From: Fonticula alba ATCC 38817
Lineage: Eukaryota; Protista; Nucleariida
Reading direction: 5' to 3' (one strand)
NCBI GenBank assembly: GCA_000388065.2
Contig: KB932212.1
Length of the DNA: 54,946 nucleotides
This document shows, in pieces, positions 37,301 to 50,794 of this stretch. Within the stretch, counting starts at the first letter, position 1, and every line of letters begins with the position of its first letter. The notes beneath the pieces are model-generated. The model made no database searches and was not told the DNA's origin. It saw only the letters and a list, made by a program, of their open reading frames with translations. The position numbers were made by a program, and so were the translations under genes.

Positions 37301-39371
37301 AGCCCCGCCACGCACTCGTCCGCGGGACAGGAGCACCAGGTCGTCGAACATGGCGAAAATGTCGGAGCTCGGCTGGTGAATGGTCGTGACAATGGTCCGG
37401 CCCTCGCGGGCCAGGTTCTTCAGCACCTCCAGCAGGCTGAAGGCCGTGAAGGAGTCCAGGCCGCTGGTCGGCTCGTCCAGGAACAGCAACGACGGGTTGG
37501 TGATCATTTCGTAGGCGATGGCCGTGCGCTTGCGCTCGCCGCCGGACAGCCCCCGGCGGGCGCCCTGCCGGCCGACCAGGGTGTCCGCCACCCGGGTCAG
37601 GCTCAGCTGGTCCAGCAGGATCTCCACATGCTCGGCGATGTCGGCCGAGGTGAGGCTCGGGGCCAGGCGCACGCGCGCCGCAAATGTCAGCTGCTCCCGC
37701 GGCGAGAGGGTCGTGAACATCAGGTCGTCCTGCATGACGTAGGACGACACCCGGCGGAAGTTCTTCGGCAGCGGGGCCCCATTGACCAGGACCTGGCCCT
37801 TGATGCCGGGCAGCCGGCCGGACACCGCGTCCAGGAGCGAGGTTTTGCCCCCGCCGGAGGGGCCCATGATGGCCAGCACTCGCCCGGGCAGGGCCATGCC
37901 GGACACGCGGTCCAGGATGACCTTCTCCTCGCCGCTGCGTCGCCGGAAGATGCTCTTGTTGACCTGCACATGTGTGTGTGTTTGTGTTTGTGTGTGTGTG
38001 TGTGATTGTGTTTGTGTGTGATTGTGTTTGTGTGTGTTTGTGTGTGTGTTTGTGTGTGTGCGTGCGTGTGCGTGCGTGCATGCGTGTAAACGTGCGTGTG
38101 CGTGCGTGCATGCGTGTGAACGTGCGTGCCCGTATACATGCGTGTGAACGTGCGTGCCCGTATACATGCGTGCCCGTATGCGTACGTGCCCGTATACGTG
38201 CATGCATGCCGATGTGCACACACATGGGCCCGGGGCCAGAGTCAATGGCAGTGCGCGATCGGAAGGTGTCCTGGTCAGACGCTCGCACGGGGGCACCACA
38301 GCAAAAAGGAGGAGGCCCCCTCTCCCCTTGCCCCGCTCCCCCTCCCCCGCCCCCCCAAAGGGGAAAGCCCAATCCCACGCCGAAACCAGAGCGGCTTCGC
38401 ACCACCACCCGGTGAACTATGTCGTTCCAACTGAGGCGGACCGCCTGGATGGCCTCGCCGCTGGCCTTCTCCAGGCTCTTGGTGGACATCGGCGTCACCG
38501 GCAGCGACGAGGCAATGTCCATGCGGGCGGGGATGGCCGACGGCCCGGCGGACCCGGCGCTGATCGGGGTCATCGGCGTCCCCAGCGACACGGGCTCCAC
38601 CTGCTCCAAGTCGGCCCGGCCCACCTGGAAGTGGATGGCATCCGGCGAGCCGAAGGCCCCGGCCACGGCGCGAGCCAGGGCCGACACGGCCGGCGCGAAC
38701 ATGCGCGCGCGCGCCCCGCCGCCGGACCCGGCCGGCCCGCCGGCCGGCCCGCCCGGCACCGGGCTCCGTCGACTGCCCTCGGTGTCCCAGCCATCGGCCA
38801 CGGCCGCCAACACCGGCGACCGGTACAGCGGCAGCCCCATGGCCGAGCCTCCGCCGCTGGTGGAATGCAACGCGGCCGGGCTCGTGTCCACGGTCAGGTG
38901 CACCGGCGGCCGGGCCCCGGTCAGGGCCCCGAGCCGCGGCGACCCGGCTGCCCGTAGGGAGTGTGCGCGGCTGCCGCCCGCGCGCCGGCGCTCGGCCGGG
39001 TCGTCGTCTGTCGTCGCCGCGCCGCCGGACCCCGCCGCTGGCAGGTCCCCCAGCTCGAAGCCCAGCTCCTTTTCCAGGTCCACCGGCCCGGCGGCGCTGG
39101 CCCGGCGGGACAACGCCACCGGCGGCCGAGGCTGCCTCGAGGGCGGTGCGGCGCTTTCGACCGGTGCCACATGCTGCGGCTGCTGTGCCGGCGGCGGGGG
39201 CGGGGGCGGCGGCGCCTGGTCCGATGATGCCGGCGCGCGGCTTGCTCGCGCGTCGCCGGGCGTCAGGCTGCCGGGCTTTGCCGGGGTCCGCTCGAAGTCC
39301 GTCGGCGACAGGTACTCACGCGAGGACTCGAGGGACTTCTCCGAGTCCGTGGGCGATGGCTCGCCGGTCAT
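34323..39371 (-). CDS. ABCG (White-family) half ABC transporter, NBD-TMD order, with long low-complexity N-terminus
   Basis: Walker A GPSGGGKTS, Q-loop YVMQDD, signature LSGGERKR, Walker B LLFLDEPTSGLD, H-loop TIHQP; CPTYTNPSDFF; TMD ERSILLREQMSEMYSTTTYYWSK, ELPWSF, FGGFYI...MPSWLSWVQYISP; ends ...GAGRWRL* at 34323. Probable ATG at 39371 (MTGEPSPTDSEK). Confidence 0.95.
37236..37295 (+). repeat. (AGCCAA)x10 intronic hexamer microsatellite
   Basis: Ten perfect copies in the ABCG intron following the NBD exon. Confidence 0.95.
37968..38225. repeat. Compound (GT)n / GTGC / CGTATACATGCGTG-type repeat in an ABCG intron
   Basis: Degenerate purine-pyrimidine repeats with internal duplications such as GAACGTGCGTGCCCGTATACATGCGTG, seen directly. 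Confidence 0.8.
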
Positions 39372-42300
39372 GGCGGCGCGTGCGGGGGCCGATGGATTTG
39401 TCCCGGGCGAGAGAGCGCGCGCGACCTGCCACCAGACGGTCTCCTTTCTGTGTGGCGCTGTCTCTTGAAGCACCAGGGGGGGGGGCTGTTCTCGGCCCGC
39501 CCATTTGCCCGGAGCAATGCGTTAGTACAACTGTTCCGCCGGGCGCTCCCCCCCCCTCCGCACACACACACACACAGGCACACAGGCGCGCATGGGTGCA
39601 CGGATAGCCGGGGATACAGGCAGGCGGACAGGGTGACAAGCAGGCCGAGAGATTCCGAGCCACACGATTGCGCTTGTCACCGGGGCGGGTGCAGCCGCTC
39701 CTGCGCAGCCGCCTCTCGCAAGGAAGGCGGCCACGCGCGGACCACGCAGTTTTCGGGATCGTGGAGTGGCTACGCAGGCGTATGTGCATGCACACAAACG
39801 CCCTCTCTCTCTCTCTCTCTGTCTCCCTGTCTCTCTGCCTCGCTGTCTCTCCGGCCTCTTTCAGAGATGCATCAGCGCACGGAAACACCGTCACGAGCTC
39901 ATGCAAAGGCCCGGTGGTGGTGGGGGAAGGGGAGGAGAAGGGAAGAGCAAACAACCGGAAATGACGGGACACACGGTACGCAAGTGGGGGGGGGGGGGGG
40001 AACGAAAAGAAATGGCAACCGGCTCGACAGCGGGGGGCCCACACGCGGTGGTGCACGCGCGGAAAAATGCTCCTCAAAGATGAGTGCGCCCAGGGCGGCG
40101 GAACGAGAGGCAGGAAGAGGCGGAGGAGGGGGCGGAGGCGGAGAAGGAGGCGGAGGAGGAGGAGGCGGAGAAGGATGAGGACAATGCCCGGCGATCAGCC
40201 AATCCCCAGCCAGCCCCGCCTAGTGATAACTATCCGCCTGCACGGTGGTGGCCGCCCCCGCCGTGGCCTCGCCCTCCCCCGCCCCCCCCCCCCCCGCCCG
40301 CCGCTCGCCCGCCGCTCGCCCCTCGCTCGCCCCTCGCTCGCCCCCCTTCCCCCTCCTTCTTCCCCTCCGCCCCGACGGCCAGCATCACGGCCCTCGGCAC
40401 AGCAACAGCCACATGCCCGGGGACCGGCCACAAAGAAGCTCCTCCCTGGGTGTCAGCCCGGCGAGTGCAAGCATATGCCAGCACATGCGCCCATGCACGT
40501 GCGCCGCGCTATCTCCCGGGTAATCACCCAGTACCGTGGCCCTGAAGATCGTCACTATCTCGCTGGCAGCGCGACCCGAGGGAATGCCCCGCCGCCTGGC
40601 AATGCAACCAGCCCGGCCTCGCCCCGCCCCGCCCCGTCCCGCATGTGCCAGCTTGCCCATGCACATGCCGGCCTACGACCACACAAACACATGCAGATGG
40701 ACACACACACACACACACACACACACACTGACACACACACACACTGACACACACGAGTATGTACACACGGGTACACGCACATACACGCATGCTGGACCCC
40801 AGCCTCCCCCCCCCCCTCTTCCGCCTTTGGCCGAGTCTCTACCAACACTTACACATGCACACGCGCACGCGCACATGCTCCACCGCCTCAGCCCCGCCCT
40901 GAAAAGGTACAGGGGGCCCCAGTCTCGCCGAATGCGGCCACTTGCCGGGAACTTGCTACCTTGGCTCGTGTTCCGCCGCCGCCGCCGCCGCCGCCCCCCC
41001 CCCCCCCCACCCCCCGTACGGCAGCTCGACTATCTTGCACACGCGCACGCACCAATTGGGGTCTTCGGCGCCACCTTTGGCACACGCCACCTGCCGCGAC
41101 CCCTGCGCCCAGCTAACACACGGGCTCGCCGGCCGGACCCCGGTGCCGGTCCCACCGGTGACCATCTTATTAGCCCGCAATTTCGGTCGCCTGCGCCACT
41201 CCACACTTTCACACCCGCCGTGGCGCGGCCCCCCTCGACCCATGGCCCAAGACGGGGCCGGATGCCGGCCAGACACCGAAGCAGTTGCCCCGCCGCAATG
41301 GTGGGCCGCCGTGAGCAATCCCGACCCGGCCCCCNNNNNNNNNNNNNNNNNNNNNNNNNNNNNNNNNNNNNNNNNNNNNNNNNNNNNNNNNNNNNNNNNN
41401 NNNNNNNNNNNNNNNNNNNNNNNNNNNNNNNNNNNNNNNNNNNNNNNNNNNNNNNNNNNNNNNNNNNNNNNNNNNNNNNNNNNNNNNNNNNNNNNNNNNN
41501 NNNNNNNNNNNNNNNNNNNNNNNNNNNNNNNNNNNNNNNNNNNNNNNNNNNNNNNNNNNNNNNNNNNNNNNNNNNNNNNNNNNNNNNNNNNNNNNNNNNN
41601 NNNNCCCCCCCCCCCCCCCCCCGGGACGTGGGGCCCCGGGTGTCCGGGCCGGGGCGCCGGGTGTCGGCCAGCCGGACCACGGAGAGGGCCGAGCACAGCC
41701 CGGCCGCGCGTTGGCGGCTTGCCCTCCGACGCAGGGTATTTTGCCCCCCTCCGCCGCCGCGCTCCGCCAGCGCGCTCCGCGGCGGCGGCCGCCGCCTCCT
41801 CCTCCTTCTCCTCCGGTGGAGAGGCATGGAAAACCCAGCCAAAGGGGTGACCCTCGGCGAGGCGGGCCCGCGCGACGGGGCCGCCGTGCCCGGCCGGCCC
41901 ACGCCCCGGCAACACTCCATGGCACATGCCCAGCCATCCCCGGGCGGAGCATCTGCCACCGATATGTCCACACACATGCTCACGCGGACGCCAATGCCAG
42001 GCTACCCGCGGTTGAGGAGGCCCATTCGGCCCCGGCCAGCGACACACATGCCCCGCCGGTCGGCCGGTCGCCAGTGCCCGACGCACTCACGCTGACACCC
42101 CGCGGCAAGATTGAGGTCCCCCCCCGCCCCCCCCCCCCCCCTCCTTTCGCATGTCCCCTGCCGATAGTCGGCAGGAGTCCCGCCGCGGGCGCGGCCGCCG
42201 CTGTCGCCGCTGCCAGCACATGCCGGGTCCGTCGTCTCGCCGGGGCACAGCTGGGCCGATCGCTGCCCGGTGCTACGTCAATGCCCGCCGTACGACCCTC

Positions 42301-43937
42301 GGGGGAGGATGTCGGTGCCTGATCGAGCGCGAGATACACATGCCAGGAGGGCGGCTATTGGCGTGCACATCGCTCCCTCCCCCGCGCACATGCCCACGCA
42401 CACACTGACACACATGCGTGCCCCGGCGTGCTGACATCATCGCCACCCCCCGCGCCCCTCCAACCCGGCCGCTGCCCCGCATCCGTCTCTGCCGGGGAGC
42501 GCGCTCAATCTGAGCGCCGCCGAGGGGCCATTGTTTGCATACCCGCACACGGATGCGCCGCGTTCTTCCGCCGGGCCCAGGCGCGGGGAGCGGGAGGTCG
42601 GCGACGAGGCACCCACCACACGCCTCAGCCGGCCAACCGGCGCCCAAACAGCCACACGACGCGGGCCGTGCCGACGAGATGCCCCGTCTTGGCGGGACGC
42701 GTGTTTGTCGACTCCCGCCCGGGCGTGCTCCCCCGGTGCGTGTTTGCCCCCGGGTACGTCGCGCAAAGTGTTTGCCCCCGGGTGCCTGGCTTCCCGGGGG
42801 CGGGGGGGGGGCAAGGGAGAGGCCGTTTGCCGCTGCATGCGTGCCGGCCCTCACCGGCGCGCCCCGGCGCCTCAACGTGTTTGCCACGGACTTGGCGCCG
42901 GACGGCCGCGGGTGGTGGCCCCAGGCTCCCGAGGGCCCTGTAAGGACCCCGCACAGACAGACACACACACATGCATGCATGCCGAGGGCAATACACATCC
43001 TTCGCGTAGCCCGCCAGACACCCAGCCTGCTTCATTGCCCCCGCTATCCTCCCCGCGGCACGCCTCGGCGCGGGCCACCACCGCACAGGACGGGCTCCAC
43101 ATTTCACCACCCTCCCTCGCCCCAGGAGGACCCAGGCACTTGTGCCCATCCAACACATGGGCCCAGTGGCGGCCCCCCGCACGCGGGCGTCTGCTCACGC
43201 TCTCACCCGCAGCCGCGGCCGCGCACAGACAAATAAAAAACCACCCCGCTCACTACTACTACATGGCACGATGCCACCCTGGCCCGGGCGCTGGCCGACT
43301 CTCCGCGCACCTCTCTGTCCCCCTCCCCCCTCCACCACCACCGCCCCCACCACCACACAGGCACACATGGCACACANNNNNNNNNNNNNNNNNNNNNNNN
43401 NNNNNNNNNNNNNNNNNNNNNNNNNNNNNNNNNNNNNNNNNNNNNNNNNNNNNNNNNNNNNNNNNNNNNNNNNNNNNNNNNNNNNNNNNNNNNNNNNNNN
43501 NNNNNNNNNNNNNNNNNNNNNNNNNNNNNNNNNNNNNNNNNNNNNNNNNNNNNNNNNNNNNNNNNNNNNNNNNNNNNNNNNNNNNNNCCCCCCCCCCACC
43601 CCGAGAGCACGAGGAGGCGATACATGTCCAAATTCCAGCAACAGACCCCACAATGGTTTATCTTGCCCCGGGTTAACTGGCCTCCGTCGGCGTTGCCCGC
43701 CCGAACTGGCCGAGGCCGGACTCGTGACTTTCCGCCGTGTTAGCTGGAAACCATGTACCTCAGGGAATGACGTTCCGGCTTAATCCCATCCACCGCCCCA
43801 CACCCAGCTACATGTGGGGTGTGTATTCCACCAAATAAGGAGGGCGTTGCCCACAATCCGTTCCCCTCCTGTGCAATTCATCGTTTTACATTCCCCCTCC
43901 TCTTTCTCCCTCTCTCTCTCTCGCACACTCTGACACT

Positions 43938-43974
<37 letters not shown>

Positions 43975-44638
43975 ACTCTCACATTCCCACACTCTCACAC
44001 TCTCAGAACTCGCTCACCTCGCTCACCTCTCGAGAATGAGATCCAGCCTCCTTTCCACGGATTCCAAAAGGAGTGTTTATTCCTCTTGCCCATATGCAGG
44101 CAAATGCATGCGCGCGCCGCGCCCAGCACCGTGCCAATGGAATTGCACAGGGAGAGGGGCAGGTCGCCGAGCTTTCCCCCCCCCCCCGGCCGCGACACAC
44201 ACATACACACACACACACACGGAGGCCAAGACGCCGCTCCGCCCTCCGGCGCCGCTGCTCCTCCGACCAGGGGGGGAAGGGCAGGTGGGCGGCCTTCCTT
44301 TTACGAGAGGGAAGAGGGATGGGGGGGTCCGGGCACGCCCAGGAGAGCTGGCCCACACTCCCTTGGAGGGGACACGCGCACCGGCCCATCACACCCTGGG
44401 GACGTTGCTGTTAAAGGCGGCACTGGCCACCGGGGGAGCGCTGCTGCCTGATGGGCGAAAATGGCAACGCCGGGGACCGGGCGCGCGCGCCGTATGCACG
44501 TGTACACACGACCAGGCGGCGCGCACCCGGCCCGCGTGTGATGCTCTCGCCAGGCCCCCAGGGGGCGAAGGCGCCGTGCGCATATGTCTCCCGCGCCAGG
44601 GGCCGCCTTCTGCCCCCTCGCCGATCCACACGCACCCC

Positions 44639-44700
<62 letters not shown>

Positions 44701-45015
44701 ACCTGCGTCCTATTCACGGACCGGCGCGGCCCTGCTGCTACTACACCCACACGCCGGAGCCTTCGGGTGGAGTCCGCGGCGTGAGTGGGGGGAGAGAGTC
44801 GGGCGCCCCCCTGCCCGGGCCCCTCATCCGGCCCCGCCTGCCGCTTGGCTGGCTACCGTGCATGCAGGTGCCCCCAGGTGGCGCCGCCGGGGCCGAGGCA
44901 AAGACACTGGCCGGGTGTGCCGAAGGTTTCCGCCCGCCGGCACGGGCCGGGCGCACTGCAGGTCTCCACCCGCCGGGCGGACGGGCAGGCGCACCACGCA
45001 CACGCCCGCACCGCA

Positions 45016-45781
45016 TTACTTCATCTGTCCACCGGCCACGGCCTGGTTGTCCATCGAGCCGCGGAACTTGGCGTGCGCGAAGGACATGCCCTCCGGGGCT
45101 TGCTCTTTCTTTTGGCTGTGATAGTCCCGCCCCCCCGCCCCCCGGGCGCCGCCGCGTGTTGTCAGGTGCAAAAAGCCAGGCGGGCACATGTGCACACGGT
45201 CAATGCACGCGCGCGAGTGGGCGGGAAGAAGAAAAGGAAGTCGCGCGGCCGCCAGGGCCCGCCGGGGGTGCCTCGCCCGGCGGGCGATGCGGCACGCCAC
45301 GGCACATGCGCGCGCGGTGGCCCGGGCCGGTGAAAAGCCCAAGGCCCCCCCCCCCTCCCTCCCCACCATCGGCACGCACCGTGCTTCCGAGGAGGCGGTG
45401 GCCTGGGCCGCCGAGCGCGGGGACAGCGGGGCCTGCGGCGCGGGCTGCTCCGTGCGCAGGGTCTGGGCCAGGTGGGCGCGGACTTGCTCGCGCCGGGCCG
45501 GGTCCCCGGTGCGCAGGTCCTGCGCCGCCCGCTGGGCCGCCAGCTCGATGGCCTCGTCGTCGCTGGGGTCCGCCACGCGGCCCGGGTGGCGCGATGGCGG
45601 CCCCGATCGCGAGGCATTCCACCCATGGCCCTCGCGCTGCCAGCGGTCGTGGCTGTCCCCGCGGCGCATGGTCTCCGGGGTGGCCGGCGACGAGGCGTCC
45701 CCCTCGTCGCTCAGCGCCCCGGACACGGTGCTGGCCGTGGCGGCGGCGGCGTGGTGGCGCTGCTGCGGGGCCGCCGCCGCC

Positions 45782-45812
<31 letters not shown>

Positions 45813-46602
45813 GCCGCTGCCGCCGCTGCGAGGGGGCCCGGTTGCCGGACACCAATTCCCAATCCTCCAGGCCGTCCTGCCAGGGGGACACCGCCCCGGA
45901 CGAGACATACATGTTGCCGGAGTCCACTTCGCCACCGGGGCCGAAGGCGGCCCGGGCGTTGGTGGCCCCGGCCCGGCCGCCGCCGGACCGCGCGCCACGC
46001 GGCGCACCGCCACCGGCGCCACCTCTGCCGCCCTGCTGGTGGGCACTGCCACCGGGGCCGCCGTGCCGGGCCTCGGCCTCGGCCCGCGAGCCATGCGGCG
46101 CCACGCCGACTTGGCAGCCCAGCCGCGTGTCCATCACGGCATCCTGGGCCACCCCGTGGCATGGCGAGCTGCTGGGCTGGCCCAGTGGCGAGGAGGGGAT
46201 GGCCCCGCCGGGGCCGGCCCGGTGCCCCGCCCCCCGGCCGCCGCGCCCCGGCTGGATGACCGACGACTGGCCGCCCCCGGCCAGGTTGCTGTCGCGCATG
46301 GAGAAGGCCGCCCAATTCTCCGGCAGGCTTTCCGTGCTGCTGGCCATCTCCATTTGCAGGTGCGGCCGGTTGGTGGAGAAGTTCTTCTGGAACTGCTGCG
46401 GGTGGAAGCGCGAGAAGTCCGTCCCGCTGGGGATGTTGCCCTGCTGGTGCGCCGGCAGGACCGACGACGAGGCCGACCCGCGCGGGCTCTGGGGGGCGCG
46501 TTTGCCGGCGCGCGGTGACCGCCGCAGGGAGGCCGACACGCCGGAGGTGCTCGGGCGGTTTTGCTGCAGGCCGCCGTTCTGTTGGTTAGGGTGTCCACTC
46601 AT
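45016..46602 (-). CDS. Hypothetical, largely disordered protein with polyQ tract, ~440 aa
   Basis: Exons 46602-45380 and 45115-45016 (TAA) total 1323 nt = 441 codons, with GTGCGT donor and CAG acceptor in frame. Contains FSRFHPQQFQKNFSTNRPHL, RQRQQQQQQQQQQ, DEAIELAAQRAAQDL. No family recognised; an upstream exon is possible. Confidence 0.65.
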
Positions 46603-46687
46603 GGTGCTGGTCGCTTGGGCCGCGGTCCGTGGCTCTTCCTTGTGTGCGTGTGTGTGCGTAGATGGGGGGGGGATGGTCCTGTGGCCG

Positions 46688-46755
46688 CCCGGCGGCGTGG
46701 TGAGGAAGGCCCGGCGGCGTGGTGAGGAAGGCCCGGCGGCGTGGTGAGGAAGGTC
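46688..46755. repeat. 22-bp tandem repeat (CCCGGCGGCGTGGTGAGGAAGG) x3
   Basis: Three adjacent near-perfect copies just upstream of the ATG at 46602. Confidence 0.85.
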
Positions 46756-47198
46756 CGGAGGCGTCAGTGCTCGGCCACCATGCGGGAAGTCCCACGCCCG
46801 CTGCTGCTGCTTGTCCCCCCCCCCCCCCCCCGCCGGGAGCGCGCGGGCCACACCCGGGAAAGGGACCACCAAAGCCCAACGCACCTGAGGAACGGGAGGG
46901 GAAATGGTGAGGGGAAAAGAAAAGACAAACAATGGCCAGAAGGAGGCGACGGGGGGAATTCAACGGAGGAGATTGCTTTTCGCAGGGAGGATACTTGGGG
47001 TGGCCTCGCGCGCCGGGGCCACCAGCGGGACATCCCTTATACCTCCCGGGCCCGGCACGCGCCACGCTCGCAAGAGCCCCGGGGTCTTGGTCCTGGCGGA
47101 AGGGGGCAGGCGCCGCCTTGGGCACCGCGACGCGGCATCCTCCCAGGGTTACAGGCAACCGCACGCACATGCGCATGTACAAACACGCATGGCCAACA

Positions 47199-47239
<41 letters not shown>

Positions 47240-47982
47240 NNNNNNNNNNNNNNNNNNNNNNNNNNNNNNNNNNNNNNNNNNNNNNNNNNNCCCCCCCCGC
47301 CCCAGGCTCAGCCCAAGAGACCCATGCCCGGCCCGGGGCACATGGTGGCAACATACCAGCACGCCCCAGCGGGCACCTCGCCACCTTGGACCGACCCGGG
47401 TCCCAAGCCCCACCACCACCACCACCACCATGTCCATATTTGGGCATGCCGACGCGGGCCGCCACACTTTCCGAGTCAGAGAGATTCGCCTGGTCAGCGC
47501 GGGGGAAAAAAGACACAAAAACGCCGACGTGGCCGGGGGCGGGGACCCCCCGGGCGGGGGCGGGGGGGGGCGCCAGACACATAGAGCCCACGCGCAGGAT
47601 GGGGGCAAAAAAAAAAAGGAAGAAAAATACCACGCCCGCCCGGGGGCCGGCGCGATCCACGGGGCGCGGGCGCACACACACACACACACACATATATTGT
47701 TGTGGGCTAGAAATGTTGAGACCGGCCACGCATTTTCGACATGGCGCACGTGATGCCGCATTTTCGACGGCAGCTTCCCACTCGCGACTGTATTGCTGCG
47801 GGCGACGGGGCCGCGAAGGGGAGCGCGCGGACACGGTGGTGGGCCGGTGCCGCGGGAAAAATAAGCGCGGGCCGGCGGACGGGAGGGGGAAGCACACAAG
47901 AGCCCTGGCCGTCCTCGAGGAAGAGGGCATGGCAGTAGCCAGGGAGGAGGGGGGGGGGAGAAGACCGACGTCGTCTCTCGGC

Positions 47983-48150
47983 TTAGGCGGTGGTGGCGGC
48001 GGCGGCCAAGGCAGCGACCACGCGCTCGTGCATCATATCCCAGTACTTGGCGCGGATGGTGTCGATTTCATCGCGAAGGAGCTTGGCGATCTACGTGCCA
48101 CCAGGGGGGAAAGCAAGAAAGAAGGGGGGAAAGGACACTGTCGGTAAGTG

Positions 48151-48181
<31 letters not shown>

Positions 48182-49878
48182 CAAAACCACAGCAGCCAAC
48201 ATGGGACGCACCGTGACCGACGGGGCCATGATGCTGACGTCCCCCTGGCGGGCGGCCCAATCGCGGTAGAAGTGGAACATGAAGGCATTCAGGTGGGGGC
48301 TTTGGGATTCCCGCAGCAGCAGCGCGTCGCAGCTGGCGGAGATCGTGGCGAAGAAGCCCGCGTCCCAGGGCCCGGGGAACTTGGTGTACAGCCCGCGCAG
48401 GTAGTTCCAGCCGCTCTCATTGCTCGGGGCGGCGTTGAGCTTCTCCAGGGTGTAGCTGGGGGCCGGGGTGGGCAGGGGAAGCCGGCAAGAGAAGAAGGTG
48501 ACGAGGCCGAGGGGGAGGGAGGGAGGGGGAGGGAGGGAGAGGGACAGCGAGAGAGCGAGAGAGCGAGAGAGTGAAGGAGGGAGGGAGGGGGACAGCGAGA
48601 GGGACAGCGAGAGGGACAGCGAGAGGGACAGCGAGAGGGACAGCGAGAGGGACAGCGAGAGGGACAGCGAGAGGGACAGCGAGAGAGCGAGGGAGAGGGT
48701 GACAGGGGGAGAGACAAGCAAGCAAAAGAGCGCCCATCGGCAAGATGGAGCGGAGGAGGGCAGAGCAAAGTAGCAGAGGGGAAGCGCACTTCAGCTCGGC
48801 AGTCAGGATTTGGCCGAACTCCTCCGGATGATCGCGCGGCGTGTGCAGCAGGACAAACATGCGCTGGTTCCAGGCGGAATTGTTGCGCACGTCCTCGGAC
48901 AGGAGCCGGTCGCAGTAGGCACGCTCCTCCACCAGCCACGAGGGGGGCGGGTAGGTCCGGAGGAACCACTGCCGGTGCGACCAGGCGTGGTAGTTCTTGG
49001 CATCATGCTCGAAGCAGGAGTCCGTGATGTCGCGCTCATCCGACCGGCCGCCGATCGAGGCGACCAGCTGCTGCCGGTGGTACCAGAGCTGGTAGTTCTT
49101 CCAGTTGTCCAGGAGGATGGCCTGGACGAACTCGATCTCCCGGTGGGGGTCCACCTTCAGCTGGGCCAGCAGCTTGCGGCGGTATTGCCTGTGGGCGTGG
49201 TACGCGTGCGCGTATGTATACATGTATAGATGTGTGCATGTACGAACATGGGTGATGTCAGTGCCAAGGTCAGCATCAGCGTGACGAGGGCAATCGGCCA
49301 GAGGCAGCCGGCGCATGCACAGCATGGGACCAAAGGCCCAGCCGGCCCCAAGGCACGGCCCATGCACGGAGCACACCCGAAAAGACAGGCCACGGACCAG
49401 ACACTGTAGTGCGATGGGCAGACGATGGCCGCGTAGGAGGTGATGAGCAGCGCCCGCATGGACACCTCGCCGGATTGGACGATGGCGCGGAAGTAGCTCA
49501 GCGCATCGTCGACTGCCGGCAGGGCACGCGACGCCGCACGCCAGACAGGGGAAGCGGTGTGAGTACAATGCGCCGAGGCAAAAGCCCGGCCGGCCGGCCG
49601 GCCGCGACACACGTACACGAGTCACTGTGGAGGATCTTCACCACCGGGGTCTCGGTCTCCAGCTGGGGCAGCGGGGTGATGTCACTCAGCTCGGGGATCT
49701 CGCAAAGGAGCTGCGCACAGGCCGGAGGAGGTCAGCGCGGGTGGCAAACATGACTGGCGAGGGCAAAGGGGGGGGGGNNNNNNNNNNNNNNNNNNNNNNN
49801 NNNNNNNNNNNNNNNNNNNNNNNNNNNNNNNNNNNNNNNNNNNNNNNNNNGGGGGTCGGGAAGCGTGGAGGCGGACAT
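47983..49878 (-). CDS. FNTA: Protein farnesyltransferase / geranylgeranyltransferase type-I alpha subunit (Ram2)
   Basis: IPELSDITPLPQLETETPVVKILHSDSF-DDALSYFRAIV...YSVW-QYRRKLL; PFTA repeats KNYQLWYHRQ, KNYHAWSHRQW, RNNSAWNQR, PSNESGWNYLRG; C-terminal DTIRAKYW. Stop TAA at 47983. Probable ATG at 49878 (MSASTLPDP); first intron is in a gap. Confidence 0.95.
48589..48684 (+). repeat. 12-bp minisatellite (GGGACAGCGAGA) x8 in an FNTA intron
   Basis: Eight perfect copies seen directly. Confidence 0.95.
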
Positions 49879-50663
49879 TGTGCGGGTACGGGGGTGGGGG
49901 GGGGGGGCGCGGCAGTGGGAGGGGGCAAAAGGAGAGAAGAGGAAGAGCAGGGGGCGGCGGCGGCGGCGGCGGCGGAGGGGAGGGGAGAAACGGGTAACAG
50001 CCGCGCCTGACCGCGCGGCCAGGCGCCCCTCCGGCCGAAGAAGGCCCCTCAAGCGCCGAGACAAGGTGAAGTGCCGGGAATGGACGATCACAAGAGGCCC
50101 GCGGCCCGGGGGCGCGCACTAGCGATTAACGACGTGGCTGGCGCGCCGCCTCCCGCATATGCCGGCCGGCGATCTCCCCCCGGCCCGCCCCCCGGCGAAC
50201 ATCCCTTCCCCCCCCCCCCATCGGGCCCGGCAGCACGCGCAGGCCGGGATGACGAAGCCGGCGCCCGGCCGTCCCAGCCCCGGCGGGGGTGGCCGAAACA
50301 AACACAAGTCCCACACGTGACTGGCGCCCAGAGTACCAACGATCTCGCGCGTGTCCCCCCCGCCCGCCGCGCGCGATGGCGCTCTCAACGGCGCCCCGGG
50401 CACCACCGACGAACTGGCCACCCGCGAGGGGGACGCCGAGGGGGATCTGCTAGATCGGCGCCCCACACACCTTGCCCTCGATCTCGGCCGGCAGCTGGCC
50501 GGGCAGCCCGGAGGCCGGGCGCTGAAGGGGAGGCGCCCGCACGGCCCGGCCGGGCACCGGCCCTCCCCGCATCCCGGACGAGAGAGAGAAAGACCGAAGG
50601 AGGGCAACAGCTTCCTCCCGTCCGCATCGTGCCCCCCTCCCCCCCCCCCTTCCCTTCCCCGAC

Positions 50664-50718
<55 letters not shown>

Positions 50719-50794
50719 CCGCCCGCCCGCCCACCCCCGCCCACCATCTACCGCCACCGCCATCACCAGGCCAGCGAGCCAAGCGGACGTCCCA

